Shown: positions 9,042-19,976, counted from the stretch's first letter. The stretch: 64,000 nt of DNA from Trueperaceae bacterium (GCA_034521815.1 JAXHLW010000013.1:1216001-1280000), one strand, 5' to 3'. Translations and numbers: made by a program. The notes: generated from the letters alone by a model not told the origin.

Positions 9042-9950
9042 ATGGACATCGACGACACGACCCGCACCGTCGGCGCCGCGCTGGAGCGCGGTCTCGTCGG
9101 ACTGACCGAACAGCTCGTCTTCTGGCTGCCGCGCGTCGCGATCGCGGCGATGGTGATCCTGGTCGCGATCCGGATGGGACGTTGGGCGGCACGCCTGGCA
9201 TCGCGACCGTTCGGGTCCACCACGCAGACCGTTCAACGGTTCGTCGCGCGCGTCACCGAGCTCGGCGTGGGCGTCCTAGGCATCGCGCTCGCCCTGAACG
9301 TCCTCGGCCTGGGCGCTTTCGCCGCGGGCATCCTCGCCTCGGGATCCGTCGTGGCGATCGTGCTGGGCTTCGCGTTCCAGGAGATCGGCAAGAACCTGAT
9401 CGCCGGCGTGTTCCTCGCGTTCAACCGGCCGTTCAAGACCGGGGACATCATCGCGTGCGACGGTTTCGCGGGGGAGGTTCGCGCCCTCGACCTGCGCACC
9501 ACCCACATCCGCAACTTCGACGGCCGCGACATCTTCATTCCGAACGCGACCATCTTCACGCAGACGCTCGTCAACTACACGATCGACGACCTGCGCCGCC
9601 GTGCGTTCCGTATCGGTGTCCGCTACGAGGACGACGCCCTCGCCGCCACGGAGATCCTGAGGGCCGCGGTGCCGGACGTCGCGGGCGTGCTGACCGAGCC
9701 GGCGCCCAGCGCCGCCATCGTCGAGCTGTCGCCCTCGACGGTCGACCTCGAGATCGCGTACTGGGTGTCGATGGACGATTCGGTCCGCGTTCGGGCACAG
9801 GTGGGCTCGGCGGTCATGGACGCCTGCCGCCGGGCCCTGCTGCACGCCGGGTACACCGTCTCTCCGAACGTGACGACGGCGGTGGAGCTGGCCGGGAGTC
9901 CGGCGCCGCAACCGGTGCGGGTCGACATGCGACGTGCAGGACCTGCCTGA
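9042..9950 (+). CDS. Small-conductance mechanosensitive channel (MscS family)
   Basis: GFAFQEIGKNLIAGVFLAFNRPFKTGDII, GEVRALDLRTTHIRNFDGRDIFIPN. Confidence 0.9.
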   Translation: MDIDDTTRTVGAALERGLVGLTEQLVFWLPRVAIAAMVILVAIRMGRWAARLASRPFGSTTQTVQRFVARVTELGVGVLGIALALNVLGLGAFAAGILASGSVVAIVLGFAFQEIGKNLIAGVFLAFNRPFKTGDIIACDGFAGEVRALDLRTTHIRNFDGRDIFIPNATIFTQTLVNYTIDDLRRRAFRIGVRYEDDALAATEILRAAVPDVAGVLTEPAPSAAIVELSPSTVDLEIAYWVSMDDSVRVRAQVGSAVMDACRRALLHAGYTVSPNVTTAVELAGSPAPQPVRVDMRRAGPA

Positions 9951-10093
9951 TGCCTTCGCCGAAGGACGCTGAGCTCGGCCGGCAGTGCCATCTCGCCTAG
10001 GGCGGGCGTGCAGGTCGTGTGAACAGCTGCACACGAGCATCGGGACGGGAGCGGGCCGCGGACCCCCTGGCCGGTGCTACGCTCGCGGTTCTC

Positions 10094-11653
10094 ATGCCCA
10101 ACGGTCCGCGCCCACGCCTCGCGACTCGTACCGTGGCCGCATCGCCCCGCCCCGCGACCCGCCGTGGACCGGTCCTCGCGGCCCTGGTGCTCGCGATGTT
10201 CATGGCGGCCATCGAAGGCACGATCGTCGCGACGGCCATGCCCAGCATCGCGGGGTCGCTGGGGGGATTCTCCCTGTACGCCTGGGTCTTCGCGTCGTAC
10301 CTGCTCATGCAGGCGGTGACGACCCCGATGTTCGGCAAGCTGGCCGACCTGTACGGACGAAAGCCGATCTTCGTCGGTGGCGTCGCGATCTTCCTGGTCG
10401 GCTCGCTGGCGTGCGGCTTCGCCCCGTCGATGCCGTGGCTGATCGCGTTCCGGCTGGTGCAGGGAATCGGCGCCGGCGCCGTTCAGCCCGTGACCAGCAC
10501 CATCGCCGCCGACCTGTACGCCTTTCACGAGCGGGCTCGGGTCCAGGGCTGGCTATCGAGCGTGTGGGGGATCTCGGCCGTCACCGGTCCGCTCGCGGGG
10601 GGCCTGATCGTCGAGCAGGTGCACTGGGCATGGATCTTCTGGATCAACGTGCCGTTCGGTGCGCTGGCGATCGCGGGCGTCCTGGCGTACCTGCACGAGG
10701 ACGTGCCTCGCAGCGAGCGGTCGATCGACCGTACGGGCGTGGGCACGTTCGTGCTGGGCGTCGGTGCGCTCATCGTGCTGCTCACGCAGGCGGGCTCGCT
10801 GTCGACCCCTTGGACGCTCGCGCTGGCGGGCGTGACCGTCGTATCGCTCTCCCTGTTCTGGCGACACGAGCGATCGGCGCCCGAAGCGATGATGCCGCCC
10901 GATTTGTGGCACGACCCGCTGGTGCGCATCGCCAACATCGCCTCGTTCGGTGCCGGCGTCGTGATGATCGCCGTGATCACGTACCTCCCGACCTACGTTC
11001 AGGGCGTGCTGGGAGCGTCGGCGCTGGTCGCGGGGTTCACGCTGACGACGATGTCGATGGGCTGGCCGGTGGCCGCCGTCGCGGCGGGGCACCTCATGGT
11101 CCGGCTGGGCACGCGGTTCACGGCCCGAGCCGGCGCGATCGCGCTGGCCAGCGGAGCCGTGGGATTCGCGTTCCTGGACCGTGTCGGCGACCCTCGGTTC
11201 GCTGCGGCGGCGTCCCTGGCCGTCGGCGTCGGGATGGGCCTGATGATGACGACGTTCCTGGTCTCGATCCAGACGCGCGTGCCGTGGGAGCGGCGTGGGG
11301 CGGCGACGGCGACCAACGTGCTGATGCGGATTCTCGGGAATGCGATCGGCGCGGCCATGCTGGGCGGGGTGATCAACGCATCCCTGCTCGCCTGGCTTCG
11401 GCGTGAGGGACTCGCCGGCAGGCTGGACTTGGACGACGTGACGCGGGCCCTGGGCGAGGCCGGCTCGTTGGATCCCGCTCTTCTCGCGGGGATCCGCGGC
11501 GGGCTCGCCGCGGCTCTCGATCTGGCGTTCCTGGTGATGGCGGCCTGTGCGCTCGCTACGCTCCTGGTCGCGTTCGCGATGCCCGATCTCGCGCCTGGCG
11601 AGACGCGCGCCGGGGCGCCCGATCAGGCTGCCGACGCCGAGCCGGAGGCATGA
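10094..11653 (+). CDS. MFS multidrug transporter (DHA2/MDR family, 14 TM)
   Basis: AMFMAAIEGTIVATAMP, GKLADLYGRK, FRLVQGIGAG, WIFWINVP; start uncertain. Confidence 0.9.
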   Translation: MPNGPRPRLATRTVAASPRPATRRGPVLAALVLAMFMAAIEGTIVATAMPSIAGSLGGFSLYAWVFASYLLMQAVTTPMFGKLADLYGRKPIFVGGVAIFLVGSLACGFAPSMPWLIAFRLVQGIGAGAVQPVTSTIAADLYAFHERARVQGWLSSVWGISAVTGPLAGGLIVEQVHWAWIFWINVPFGALAIAGVLAYLHEDVPRSERSIDRTGVGTFVLGVGALIVLLTQAGSLSTPWTLALAGVTVVSLSLFWRHERSAPEAMMPPDLWHDPLVRIANIASFGAGVVMIAVITYLPTYVQGVLGASALVAGFTLTTMSMGWPVAAVAAGHLMVRLGTRFTARAGAIALASGAVGFAFLDRVGDPRFAAAASLAVGVGMGLMMTTFLVSIQTRVPWERRGAATATNVLMRILGNAIGAAMLGGVINASLLAWLRREGLAGRLDLDDVTRALGEAGSLDPALLAGIRGGLAAALDLAFLVMAACALATLLVAFAMPDLAPGETRAGAPDQAADAEPEA

Positions 11654-11737
11654 GTCGATCGAGCAAAGCGGAGCGGCCCGCCCTTTCGGACGAGCCGCTT
11701 CGGACGAGCCGCTCCACTCGATCTCGGTAACGTCGCG

Positions 11738-11986
11738 TCAGCGTCGTACCGCGCGCAAGATCGCCAGCAACACCACCGCCCCGACGAAGGCCACGAACAG
11801 ACTGTAGAAGTTGAATCCGGTCACGCCTTGCGCCCCGAACAAGCCGAAGAGCCAGCCACCGAGGAGGGCGCCGACGATCCCGACGACGATGTCGATCAAG
11901 AGCCCCTGTTCGGCTCTCGTCTTCATCACCATGCTGGCCAACCAGCCAGCGACGGCTCCGAGCACGATCCACAACAAAAAGTTCAT
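11738..11986 (-). CDS. GlsB/YeaQ/YmgE family stress-response membrane protein
   Basis: MNFLLWIVLGAVAGWLAS...DIVVGIVGALLGGWLF...AFVGAVVLL. Confidence 0.9.
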   Translation of the reverse strand: MNFLLWIVLGAVAGWLASMVMKTRAEQGLLIDIVVGIVGALLGGWLFGLFGAQGVTGFNFYSLFVAFVGAVVLLAILRAVRR

Positions 11987-12250
11987 ACAACATCCTTCCC
12001 GACTCGGGTCGAGGGCCGACGACGGCGGGCGCGTACGAAACGTGCAGGCTCGGTCGCCGTGACCTTGTCGATTCATCGTGGCCTGCCGCGTCGGCGTCAG
12101 CAACGTTCACGGCGCCTTGCTACGACGATCATGACGCGCTCGACCGCGATCCCTGTGCACATCCGTACATACCGAAAGCCGCCCCGAAGCGTGGAAGGCC
12201 GTCATGGCGCCCGCTACCCGAACCGTCCTATACTTCGGTATCGACCAGCA

Positions 12251-12310
12251 CCTGGACACACCAGATCTGGATACACCACGCCTGGACACGCCACGCCTGG
12301 ACACGCCATG
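12251..12310 (+). repeat. Four 15-bp tandem units ending in the start codon of the downstream gene
   Basis: CCTGGACACACCAGA/TCTGGATACACCACG/CCTGGACACGCCACG/CCTGGACACGCCATG. Confidence 0.85.
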
Positions 12311-12658
12311 ACGGACTTCGTCCGCTTCCTCGCCGCGTGGTCGCTTCTCCACGAGAGTGCGGACGAGGGCTGGAAAGCCGCGGTCCAGCGTGGTGAAGGG
12401 CTCGAGCCGGGGCGCCCCGGACAGGGGCCGGACGCGTTCGTCGACGGCCTCGCCGCGCTGGTGAACGACGAGAAGGAACGCCTGAAGCGCGAGCTCTCGA
12501 CCGACGATGCGAACGAGGCCGCGCGCGAGCCGATTCGAAGCTCGGCGGATCTCGCCGACAAGCTCGACGCGGTAGCGTTCGAGCTGGCCGAGCTTCGCGG
12601 CCGCCTCGAGTCGCTGCAGGCGTCCGTCGACGCTCTCGCCGCACGCCGGGACGACTGA
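12308..12658 (+). CDS. Small coiled-coil protein (phasin/UbiK-like C-terminus) upstream of the ABC1 kinase
   Basis: C-terminal heptads LDAVAFELAELRGRLESLQASVDAL; 5 nt from the next gene. Confidence 0.6.
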   Translation: MTDFVRFLAAWSLLHESADEGWKAAVQRGEGLEPGRPGQGPDAFVDGLAALVNDEKERLKRELSTDDANEAAREPIRSSADLADKLDAVAFELAELRGRLESLQASVDALAARRDD

Positions 12659-12663
12659 AGACC

Positions 12664-14022
12664 GTGCCACCGCGCGGCGGGACGATCGCCGCGGTCGCGC
12701 TGCGGCGCACCGGACTGGCCCTCTGGCGCATGCGGTTCGGCCTGCGCGGGCGACGGATGCGGAGGCGAGCCGTCGCATGCCAGCTGCGGCTCGCCTGCGA
12801 GGAGCTGGGACCGACGTTCGTGAAGCTGGGCCAGCTGGCCTCCGTTCGGCCCGATCTGGTCCCCGCCGAAGCCGCCTTCGAGCTCGAGCGTCTTCAGGAC
12901 CGTCTTCCTCCCGTCCCGATCGAGCCGATCCGCGCGACCTTGACGGCCGAGCTCGGCGCGCCGCCGGAGCGGATCTTCGCCACCTTCGACCCGGTCCCGG
13001 TCGCGACGGCGTCGATCGCGCAAGTCCACCGCGCCACGCTGGCCCACGACTACCGACCGGTGGTCGGAGCGATGCTGCACGCAGGCGCGACCGTGGCCGT
13101 CAAGGTGATCCGGCCAGGCGTCGAGCGAACGATCGACCAGGACCTGGCGGTCGCGAGCCGCTGGGCCGCCCTACTGGACCGGGTTCCGCGCCTACAGCGG
13201 CTGGGGCTCCGGTCGATGCTGGCCGAGTTTCGAGCCAGCCTGCGAAGCGAGCTGGACCTTCGGAACGAGGGACGCGTGGCCGACCGGTTCGCGCGCGACT
13301 TCGCGGACGATCCGTTGGTCTGCGTGCCGCGCGTCGTCTGGCGTCACACCACCCGTCGCGTCTTGGTGAGCGAGTTCGTCGAGGGGTGGCGGCTGAGCGA
13401 CCTGAGCGACGCGGAGCGCGCCGGCGTCGACGCGCGCGGGCTGGCCACCCACGGGGCCGAGGTGTTCCTCCGGCAGGTGCTGGTGCACGGTCGGTTCCAC
13501 GCCGATCTGCACCCGGCCAACCTGTTCGTCACCCCCGACGGACGCATCTGCTACCTGGACTTCGGCATCGTCGGGCGCACCACGCCGCAGCAGCGGATCG
13601 CCATCGCGCAGGTGCTGGCTGCCACGGTGTACGGCGACGCCGATCGGGCGCTCCGGTACTCGCGCGAGCTGGGCCTCGAGGTGCCGGAGCGTGACGAGGC
13701 CGCGGTCCGCGACGCCGTCGACGCGCTGATGCGCCGGCACCTCACGGAAAGCGAGCCCGCGGACGTGCGCGGTTTCGCGCTGGGCTTCCTGTCGATGCTC
13801 GCCGACTTCCGCATCCCCGTGCCGGAGGGGTACGGCCTGCTCGTCAAGGCGCTCGCGACGGTGGAGGGCGTGGCGCGGGCGATCTACCCCGACATCGACA
13901 TCACGAGGACCGCAGCGCCGTTCGCGACGCGCCTCGTCGCGGCGCAGCTCGCGCAGCCCCGGCGTCTGCGTGAGCGTCTCCCTGCCGCGACGCGAGCGGC
14001 GCTGCGCGAGCTTCTGGCCTGA
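12664..14022 (+). CDS. ABC1/AarF/UbiB family atypical kinase
   Basis: LGPTFVKLGQ, ATASIAQVHRA, VAVKV, FHADLHPAN, YLDFGIVG. Confidence 0.92.
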   Translation: MPPRGGTIAAVALRRTGLALWRMRFGLRGRRMRRRAVACQLRLACEELGPTFVKLGQLASVRPDLVPAEAAFELERLQDRLPPVPIEPIRATLTAELGAPPERIFATFDPVPVATASIAQVHRATLAHDYRPVVGAMLHAGATVAVKVIRPGVERTIDQDLAVASRWAALLDRVPRLQRLGLRSMLAEFRASLRSELDLRNEGRVADRFARDFADDPLVCVPRVVWRHTTRRVLVSEFVEGWRLSDLSDAERAGVDARGLATHGAEVFLRQVLVHGRFHADLHPANLFVTPDGRICYLDFGIVGRTTPQQRIAIAQVLAATVYGDADRALRYSRELGLEVPERDEAAVRDAVDALMRRHLTESEPADVRGFALGFLSMLADFRIPVPEGYGLLVKALATVEGVARAIYPDIDITRTAAPFATRLVAAQLAQPRRLRERLPAATRAALRELLA

Positions 14023-14085
14023 CCGCGACGTGCCTTGCGCTCGCGTGCGCATAGGGGTCGCGATCGACGGCATCGAGGTCGCGGC

Positions 14086-15597
14086 CTAATCGACCGATGG
14101 AGAGGCACGGACCGGCGCTTCGGCGGTGGCTGCCGGACGTGCGTGGAACGCGGCGGGGATCGGATCCTCTCCGGCTTCGGTGGTGATCAAATAGACGTGG
14201 TCGCCTGACTCGAAGCGAACCTCGCCGCGTGGCGAGATCATCCGATTGCCGCGGGCGATGGCGGCGATGACGATTTCGTCGGGGAGCTCTAGCTCGCCGA
14301 TCGTGCGACCCACCGCGGGCGCACTGGTGTCGAGCAGCATGTCGAAAACGCCGCTGCCGGGGGGTGCGGCGCCACCGAGCTCCAGGCGGAGCGGCGGCTC
14401 GGGCGTGGCCGGTTCGAGCAGACCGAGCAGGCGCGCGAGCGGCACGACGGTCAGGCCTTGCACGGCCGTGCCCGCGATCACGACCACCACCACGATATCG
14501 AAGAGAAGCTCGCCGTTGGGAACCCGCTGCAGCAGCGGAATGATCGCCAGGATGATCGGCACGGCCCCCTTCAGCCCGGCCCAGGACAGCACGGTGAGCT
14601 CCCGTGCGTCGAACCGGAAGCGTGGCGCCCAGCGGCCGAGCGGGATCAGCACGACAGCGAGACTGGCCGGTCGTGCGACGAGGGTCACGGTCGCCGTCAC
14701 CATCAGTGCGACCGGAATGCTGGCGAGCAGTCGGTCGGGGAACGACAGCAGCCCCAGCAGGAGGAACATCGTGATCTGCGCCCCCCATGCGATGCCGTCC
14801 ATGAACATCCGGATGGCACGCCCCTGAGTCAGCGGACGGTTCCCGAGGATCAGACCGGTCACGTAGATCGCAAGGAACCCCGAGCCACCCAGCAGGTTCG
14901 TGGTCGAGTACACCAGCAGGCCACCCGCCAGGACCAGGATCGGGTAGAGCCCGAAGGCGGGGATCTCGACCGCGTTCAAGACCGTGGCCAGCGCCCGGCC
15001 TCCCGCCCACCCGATCGCCGCGCCCAACGCGAGCTGCGCGACGACCCCGACCACGGCATCGCCAACGCTGACGCCGGCACCGGCCAGGGCAGCGGCGATC
15101 GTGACGGTGAGGTAGACGCTCACCGGATCGTTCGTGCCGGACTCGACCTCGAGGACGCTCCGCAAGCGGCGCGGAAGCCCGCGCCCCTTGAGCACGCTGA
15201 ACACCGCCGCCGCGTCCGTAGGAGCGAGGACCGCCCCGAGAAGCATCGCCTCGAGCCACGAGAATGGCGTGACGACGCGTGCGAGGACCGCGATGAGCAG
15301 CATCTTCACCAGCACGCCGAGGGTCGCGAGAAGCGATGCCGGAAGCAGGGCCTCGCGGAACGCCGACGCCTTCGTGTCGAGCCCGCCGCTCAGCAGAATG
15401 ACGGCCAGCGCCAGCAGACCCACGTTCAGCGCCAGCCCGTAGTCGTCGAACGCCAGTCCACCGGGCCCCGAGCTGCCCGCCAACATTCCGATGCCCACGA
15501 ACACCACCAGCGTCGGCACGCCGAAGCGCTGGGCGACCCTGGTGCTGAGGATGGCCGCCACCGCGAGCGCGCTGGCGACCACGAGAATGACGTCCAT
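14086..15597 (-). CDS. Potassium/proton antiporter (NhaP2/CvrA-type) with TrkA-C domain
   Basis: GMLAGSSGPGG, APTDAAAVFSVL, ESGTNDP, SWAGLKGAVPIILA, C-terminal RCK-C. Confidence 0.9.
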   Translation of the reverse strand: MDVILVVASALAVAAILSTRVAQRFGVPTLVVFVGIGMLAGSSGPGGLAFDDYGLALNVGLLALAVILLSGGLDTKASAFREALLPASLLATLGVLVKMLLIAVLARVVTPFSWLEAMLLGAVLAPTDAAAVFSVLKGRGLPRRLRSVLEVESGTNDPVSVYLTVTIAAALAGAGVSVGDAVVGVVAQLALGAAIGWAGGRALATVLNAVEIPAFGLYPILVLAGGLLVYSTTNLLGGSGFLAIYVTGLILGNRPLTQGRAIRMFMDGIAWGAQITMFLLLGLLSFPDRLLASIPVALMVTATVTLVARPASLAVVLIPLGRWAPRFRFDARELTVLSWAGLKGAVPIILAIIPLLQRVPNGELLFDIVVVVVIAGTAVQGLTVVPLARLLGLLEPATPEPPLRLELGGAAPPGSGVFDMLLDTSAPAVGRTIGELELPDEIVIAAIARGNRMISPRGEVRFESGDHVYLITTEAGEDPIPAAFHARPAATAEAPVRASPSVD

Positions 15598-15773
15598 GCG
15601 GGACTTTAACCGACGGCTTCGACCCGCCTCCGCAGAACGGGCGTCCGCCGAGTTCTCGACGAGGCCGCGGTCATCGACCCTCGAGCCCACCCAAGAGCAA
15701 GCAGGTGATGCCGAGCGAACCGCGAGAACCGTGGACGTCGATGCCCGAGTCGATGACCAGCTTGCCCCGCGCG

Positions 15774-18056
15774 TCACCGCGACCGGCTCACCGGGCCGAC
15801 CTGCAGCGAGCGTAGAGTCACGACACCCGCGGGCACCTGATCGAACACCAGCGCGATCTCGAAAACGCGCGCGAGGTCGAGCGCCGGGTTCGCCGCCAAC
15901 AGGTCGGCCAGCGGTAGGTCGACGCGCTGGAACAACGGGTACGCGTCCGGACGGTAGCGGACCGCCTCGAACGGGGCCAGGCGCGTCACCACGGTCGGCA
16001 GGTGCGGCGGCACGCCCTGCGTACCCGCCAGCGCCATACCGGCCACCTCGCCGGCATCGTCGACCAGCGCCACGCGCAGGTCGACCGGACCCGTCGGCGT
16101 CGCGTTTGCGCCGGGCAACGGGCCGACGCCACGACCCAACTCCAGGGTGAGGACCGCCTCCCGTGGCGCCTCGACCAGGCCATCGATCAGGTCGGCCAGG
16201 GAGACCGGCAACCGCACCCGGAAGCTGGGCGTCCGCTCGTCCTCGTCCTCACTCCACCCCAGCGTGACGGACGTGGCGTCGCGCGACACGCCGTCCCGGA
16301 AGCCAGGGTCCCCCAAGCGCCAGAGGGACAGGCCGTCGGCACTCACGACGCTCCCCTGCAGGCTACCGACGCCAGGATCGACATGCGACCCGTCGCCCAG
16401 CAGCGTGAGGGCGCGACCGTCGTCGTAGCGCGTCACGTACACGGTCGGTGGCAGCCAGTCGAGGCCGCCGCGGGGATCGCGGAACAGCTCGCGGTAGCCG
16501 TGCTCGCCCAGCAGGCTGGCACGAACGAATGCGCCGATCAGGGCCGCACCGGCGCGCTGCTGCTCGGCCTCGCTCATGATCGCCGCGGTGCGCAAGAGGG
16601 GCGCCAGCGGCGGCATCTGGTCGTGACGCCCCCACCGCTCGTTGAACTGGCCGTGGTTGGCGTGGTGCACGTAGACGGCCGCCTTGAAGCCACCCTCGGC
16701 AGGCCGCGCGCGCTCGTACTGCCGCTCGCCCACGAAGCTGCTCACGTCGCCGTCGAAGCCGCCGTGCAGCACCAGGTAATCGACGCCGCGCAGCGAGGTG
16801 GGCCGGTCGCCTAGGCGGTACTGGCCGTCGCTCGGGGCGATCGCGATCACCGCCTGCACGGCGTGCGGACCGCCGACCCGCTCCTGGAGGGGCGCCAGCG
16901 CGTCCGCGGGCAGACGACCGAGGCGGTCGAGCTCTGCCGCCAGCGCGGCCGCCTCGCCACCACGCGAATGGCCGGCGAGCGCCACGCGGCTCAGGTCGAC
17001 GCGCGGAACGGCCGGCTCCATCGACGGCCTCCCAACCTTGCCACAGGTCGAGATGCGCCAGCATCAAGAGCGCCCGGGCGTGGTTCTCGCCACGCAGACC
17101 GCCGACGATCGGCAGCGCGTTGAACGCGGCGGCGTCGATCGACGCCACCACGATGCCGTGGGACGCCAGGTGCTTGCCCAACCAGGCGTAGCCGTCCTCG
17201 GAGGCGACGAAGAGGTTGGCGTTGCCGTGGGCGATGAGCAGCAGCGGGTACGGACCCTCCCCCTCGGCCGGGTACCACACCACCGCGTTGCGCGGCACGG
17301 CATCGAGGTCGAACCCCAGCGCGGCCCGCCGGACCGGGCGGGCCACCGGCCCAGCTCCACCAGGTCGGCGAGGTCGATGGCTGTCGTCGCGAACGCGGCG
17401 TCCTCGCCGTACTCGGGCCGCCAATGCGGCAGGCCGCTGCCGTAGCGCAGCGTCGCGACCGCCAGCGGGCCCGGCACACCCGGATCGGGCAGCGCCAGTG
17501 GCGGCGCTGTACCAGCGACCAGCGGCGGCACCGGGTCGGCGCTGCCCGGCCACCACCACCAGGCCACGATCGCCACCGTAGCGAGGCCGGCGAGGACGGT
17601 GCCGATCGCCGCGTACGCGCGTGAACGGGGTGCGCCCGCCGTGGCACTCGGCCGCCACAGAGCCCGGCGCAACAGCGCCAGCGTCAGCACCATCCCCGTG
17701 CCAGCCACCAGCCAGGCGCCCCACACCGCCAAGGCCACCAACGGCGGCAACGACCCGAACGCGATCAGCATCGCCGCAGCGCCGATGGTGGCGTGCAACA
17801 CGGCGGGGCCGAGGACGCGCGTCCAGTCGACGGCGACCCAGCGCAGCAAAGCGAGACTCAGCGAGCCCAGGCCGAGCAGCGCCAGGCCCAGGCCGAAGCC
17901 GATGGCGAGATCGATCAGCGGGCCGTACGGGTGACCGATGGCGCTGCCAATCCAGGTCATCAGGGCCAGCAGCGCGAGCCGCGCACCCCAGCCTAGGACT
18001 TCAGGGAGGTCGGCCAGAACCGACCGGGCGGGGCGCGTCTCAGGCGAGGTGGACAT
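15774..18056 (-). pseudogene. Membrane-anchored alpha/beta-hydrolase split by two frameshifts (pseudogene or sequencing error)
   Basis: N-terminal TM region (18056-17336) continues in another frame as ...VWYPAEGEGPYPLLLIAHGN...YAWLGKHLASHG, then returns to the first frame at VDLSRVALAGHSRGGEA...DGDV...HANHGQFN. Confidence 0.75.
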
Positions 18057-18201
18057 GAGCCATGGTGGTCCCGAGGCCCGTTCGAGCGCAAGTGCCCGGC
18101 GGATGCCGCGGTGTCGAGCAGCAGCTGCGGGAGGCCGTCACGCTGCGACCATACGCTGCGACCATCCGTAGAAGAAGTGGCCGACGTCGAGGAAGAACAC
18201 C

Positions 18202-19086
18202 TCACCTCGACCGCGTAAAATCCGTGTCGCTTAGAGGACCTTCCGATGCCGGCCGCCGGGGCCCTTCTCCAGGCGAAGCGGCGCGCATACTCACCAACAG
18301 GAACGCCAACGACGTGAGCGACCCAACGGTGAAGAACACCCACAAGCCGAGCAGCTCGTCGCCTCCGCCCACGAGCGACCCCACGGCGAGCATCCCGGCG
18401 TAGATCGCTCCCTTGACGTTCATGACGACGGCGATCACGAACCCCCAGCCGCGCTGCGACCACAGCCACGCCGCTCCGAGCGCGACCGGCGCCACCACGA
18501 GCGACAGGTCCAGTGCCGCGATGAGACGGAACGGCTCCGCCCCGATCTCCGGCACGCTCCCCGTCGCGACGTACGCCAGCCACTGCCCAACCCAGGCCAG
18601 GCCGAGCACGAGCGACCAGACGCCCATGTAGCCCGACACCCACCTCGCGGTCGTCACCGCCGAGAACGAACGGCCGGTCGCGACCGGATCGAGCACCGTC
18701 GAGCCCGCGATCAGGGCCGCCCCGCTCGCCACGAACGACGTGACGTACAGCAGGAAGTGCACGTTCAGCGCCGCCCCGAACAGGTAGAAGGCGTAGGTGT
18801 AGAGGGCGTACTGCAGGACCCCGAGCAGCACCAGGTAGCCCCGCGCCGACCCGCGCCGGGCGAGCGCGAGCGACGCGAACAGGACGGGGACGGCGACGAA
18901 CAGCGTCACCGGGTCGTTGACGCGCCAAGCAGCGAGCGCGAACGCCGGATCCCGGTACAGGCCTGGCAGAAGCATGCCGGTCGCGGACTGCACCAGCATC
19001 AGCAGCCCGACCCCGGTCGCGAGCGCGAACGTTACGCGAAGGCGGACCTGCGCAGCGGCGCTCGGCAGCGCCAACGCTCCTAGCAT
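18202..19086 (-). CDS. Hypothetical multi-pass membrane protein
   Basis: About 8 TM segments; LYRD...NDPVTLFVAVP...YALYTYAFYLFG pattern. Confidence 0.7.
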   Translation of the reverse strand: MLGALALPSAAAQVRLRVTFALATGVGLLMLVQSATGMLLPGLYRDPAFALAAWRVNDPVTLFVAVPVLFASLALARRGSARGYLVLLGVLQYALYTYAFYLFGAALNVHFLLYVTSFVASGAALIAGSTVLDPVATGRSFSAVTTARWVSGYMGVWSLVLGLAWVGQWLAYVATGSVPEIGAEPFRLIAALDLSLVVAPVALGAAWLWSQRGWGFVIAVVMNVKGAIYAGMLAVGSLVGGGDELLGLWVFFTVGSLTSLAFLLVSMRAASPGEGPRRPASEGPLSDTDFTRSR

Positions 19087-19234
19087 GGTCTTTATCGTGC
19101 CACATTGGACGGTCCCTGCGTCGCGGACGAGGGCGAACGCCCGGAAGCATCGTGGCTCGGCAGCACCGGCGCTGTTCGAGGACGCGTTTCCAGAGGCGCC
19201 GACCGACGCACAACGAACGATCGACCGCGAGCAA

Positions 19235-19755
19235 CGAACGACGGGCGAGGAAATCGGGAAAGGAACGACGAGCGTGCGAACCGTAGCCAGCCGGACTGAA
19301 GCGCGACCGAGGAGGCACCCGATGGAACGAGGCGCGTTCGAAGCGTACGTGTTCGACCCGCTCGATCTGCGCGACACCTACGCCTTCCGCGACCCCACCG
19401 ACACACGTCCCGCGCCGATGTACTACAAGGACGCTCCGCTGCACGTGCCCCGCTACATCACCTCGGTGACCGGCCGAGGGCGGGATCGTCTCCACCGCGC
19501 CAGACACAATGCGCTTCCGCAGGGCCTTCTTCACCGGACGCTTCTTCCCGTGGAGACCATCGAGCCGCTCAAGCGATGGAACCGGACCACTTTCCCGGAC
19601 AGTTCGACTTCGGCATCGGCCTGGAAAAGCAGTGGACTCGATGGCTGAGTCTCACCGTTCGTCCCGATTGGCGAGCTGCTGGGATTCTGGAGGCAGTCCG
19701 GCGCCTTCGCTTCCACAACCCCCAACGCGACCTGTACTTCACAGGCACGGTGATT
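19235..19755 (+). pseudogene. Degraded C-terminal remnant of a serine hydrolase (beta-lactamase/PBP-like)
   Basis: Pieces across frames: TTGEEIG / AFEAYVFDPLDLRDTY / AEGGIVSTAPDTMRFRRAFFTGRFFP / GQFDFGIGL / LLGFWRQSGAFA / HNPQRDLYFTGTV. Confidence 0.65.
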
Positions 19756-19789
19756 TGGTTGAGCGAGATGGGGCACGGCGCGGCGGTGC

Positions 19790-19910
19790 GAGGTCCTTCC
19801 CGCTAAGGTCGGGGAACGACGCGTGCAGCCGCGCGGTCTCGGCCGAGTAGGCGGGACAGGCCGCGTTCGCGTCGTCGCAGACGGTGAGCACCACGTCGAA
19901 GCTCCACGAC
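19790..19910 (-). pseudogene. arsC: Fragment of a thioredoxin-type arsenate reductase (LMW-PTP fold)
   Basis: WSFDVVLTVCDDANAACPAYSAETARLHASFPDLSG resembles DxVITVC..A...CP........H..F.DP; the N-terminal CxxNxxRS loop is absent. Confidence 0.65.
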
Positions 19911-19976
19911 TCCAGCCCCCGCCCCCAGCAGGGAAGAAGAGGAAGCATCCTACGATCGAGGGGGGGCATACACCAC

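Noticed and set aside
9951-10093. Riboswitch upstream of the MFS transporter
   Set aside because: Only short stems, with no recognisable aptamer consensus.
12251-12310. Possible CRISPR array
   Set aside because: Units are 15 bp, directly adjacent with no unique spacers, and no cas genes are in the window.
17000-17340. Programmed ribosomal frameshifting in the hydrolase gene
   Set aside because: No slippery heptamer at either junction; decay or indel error is simpler.
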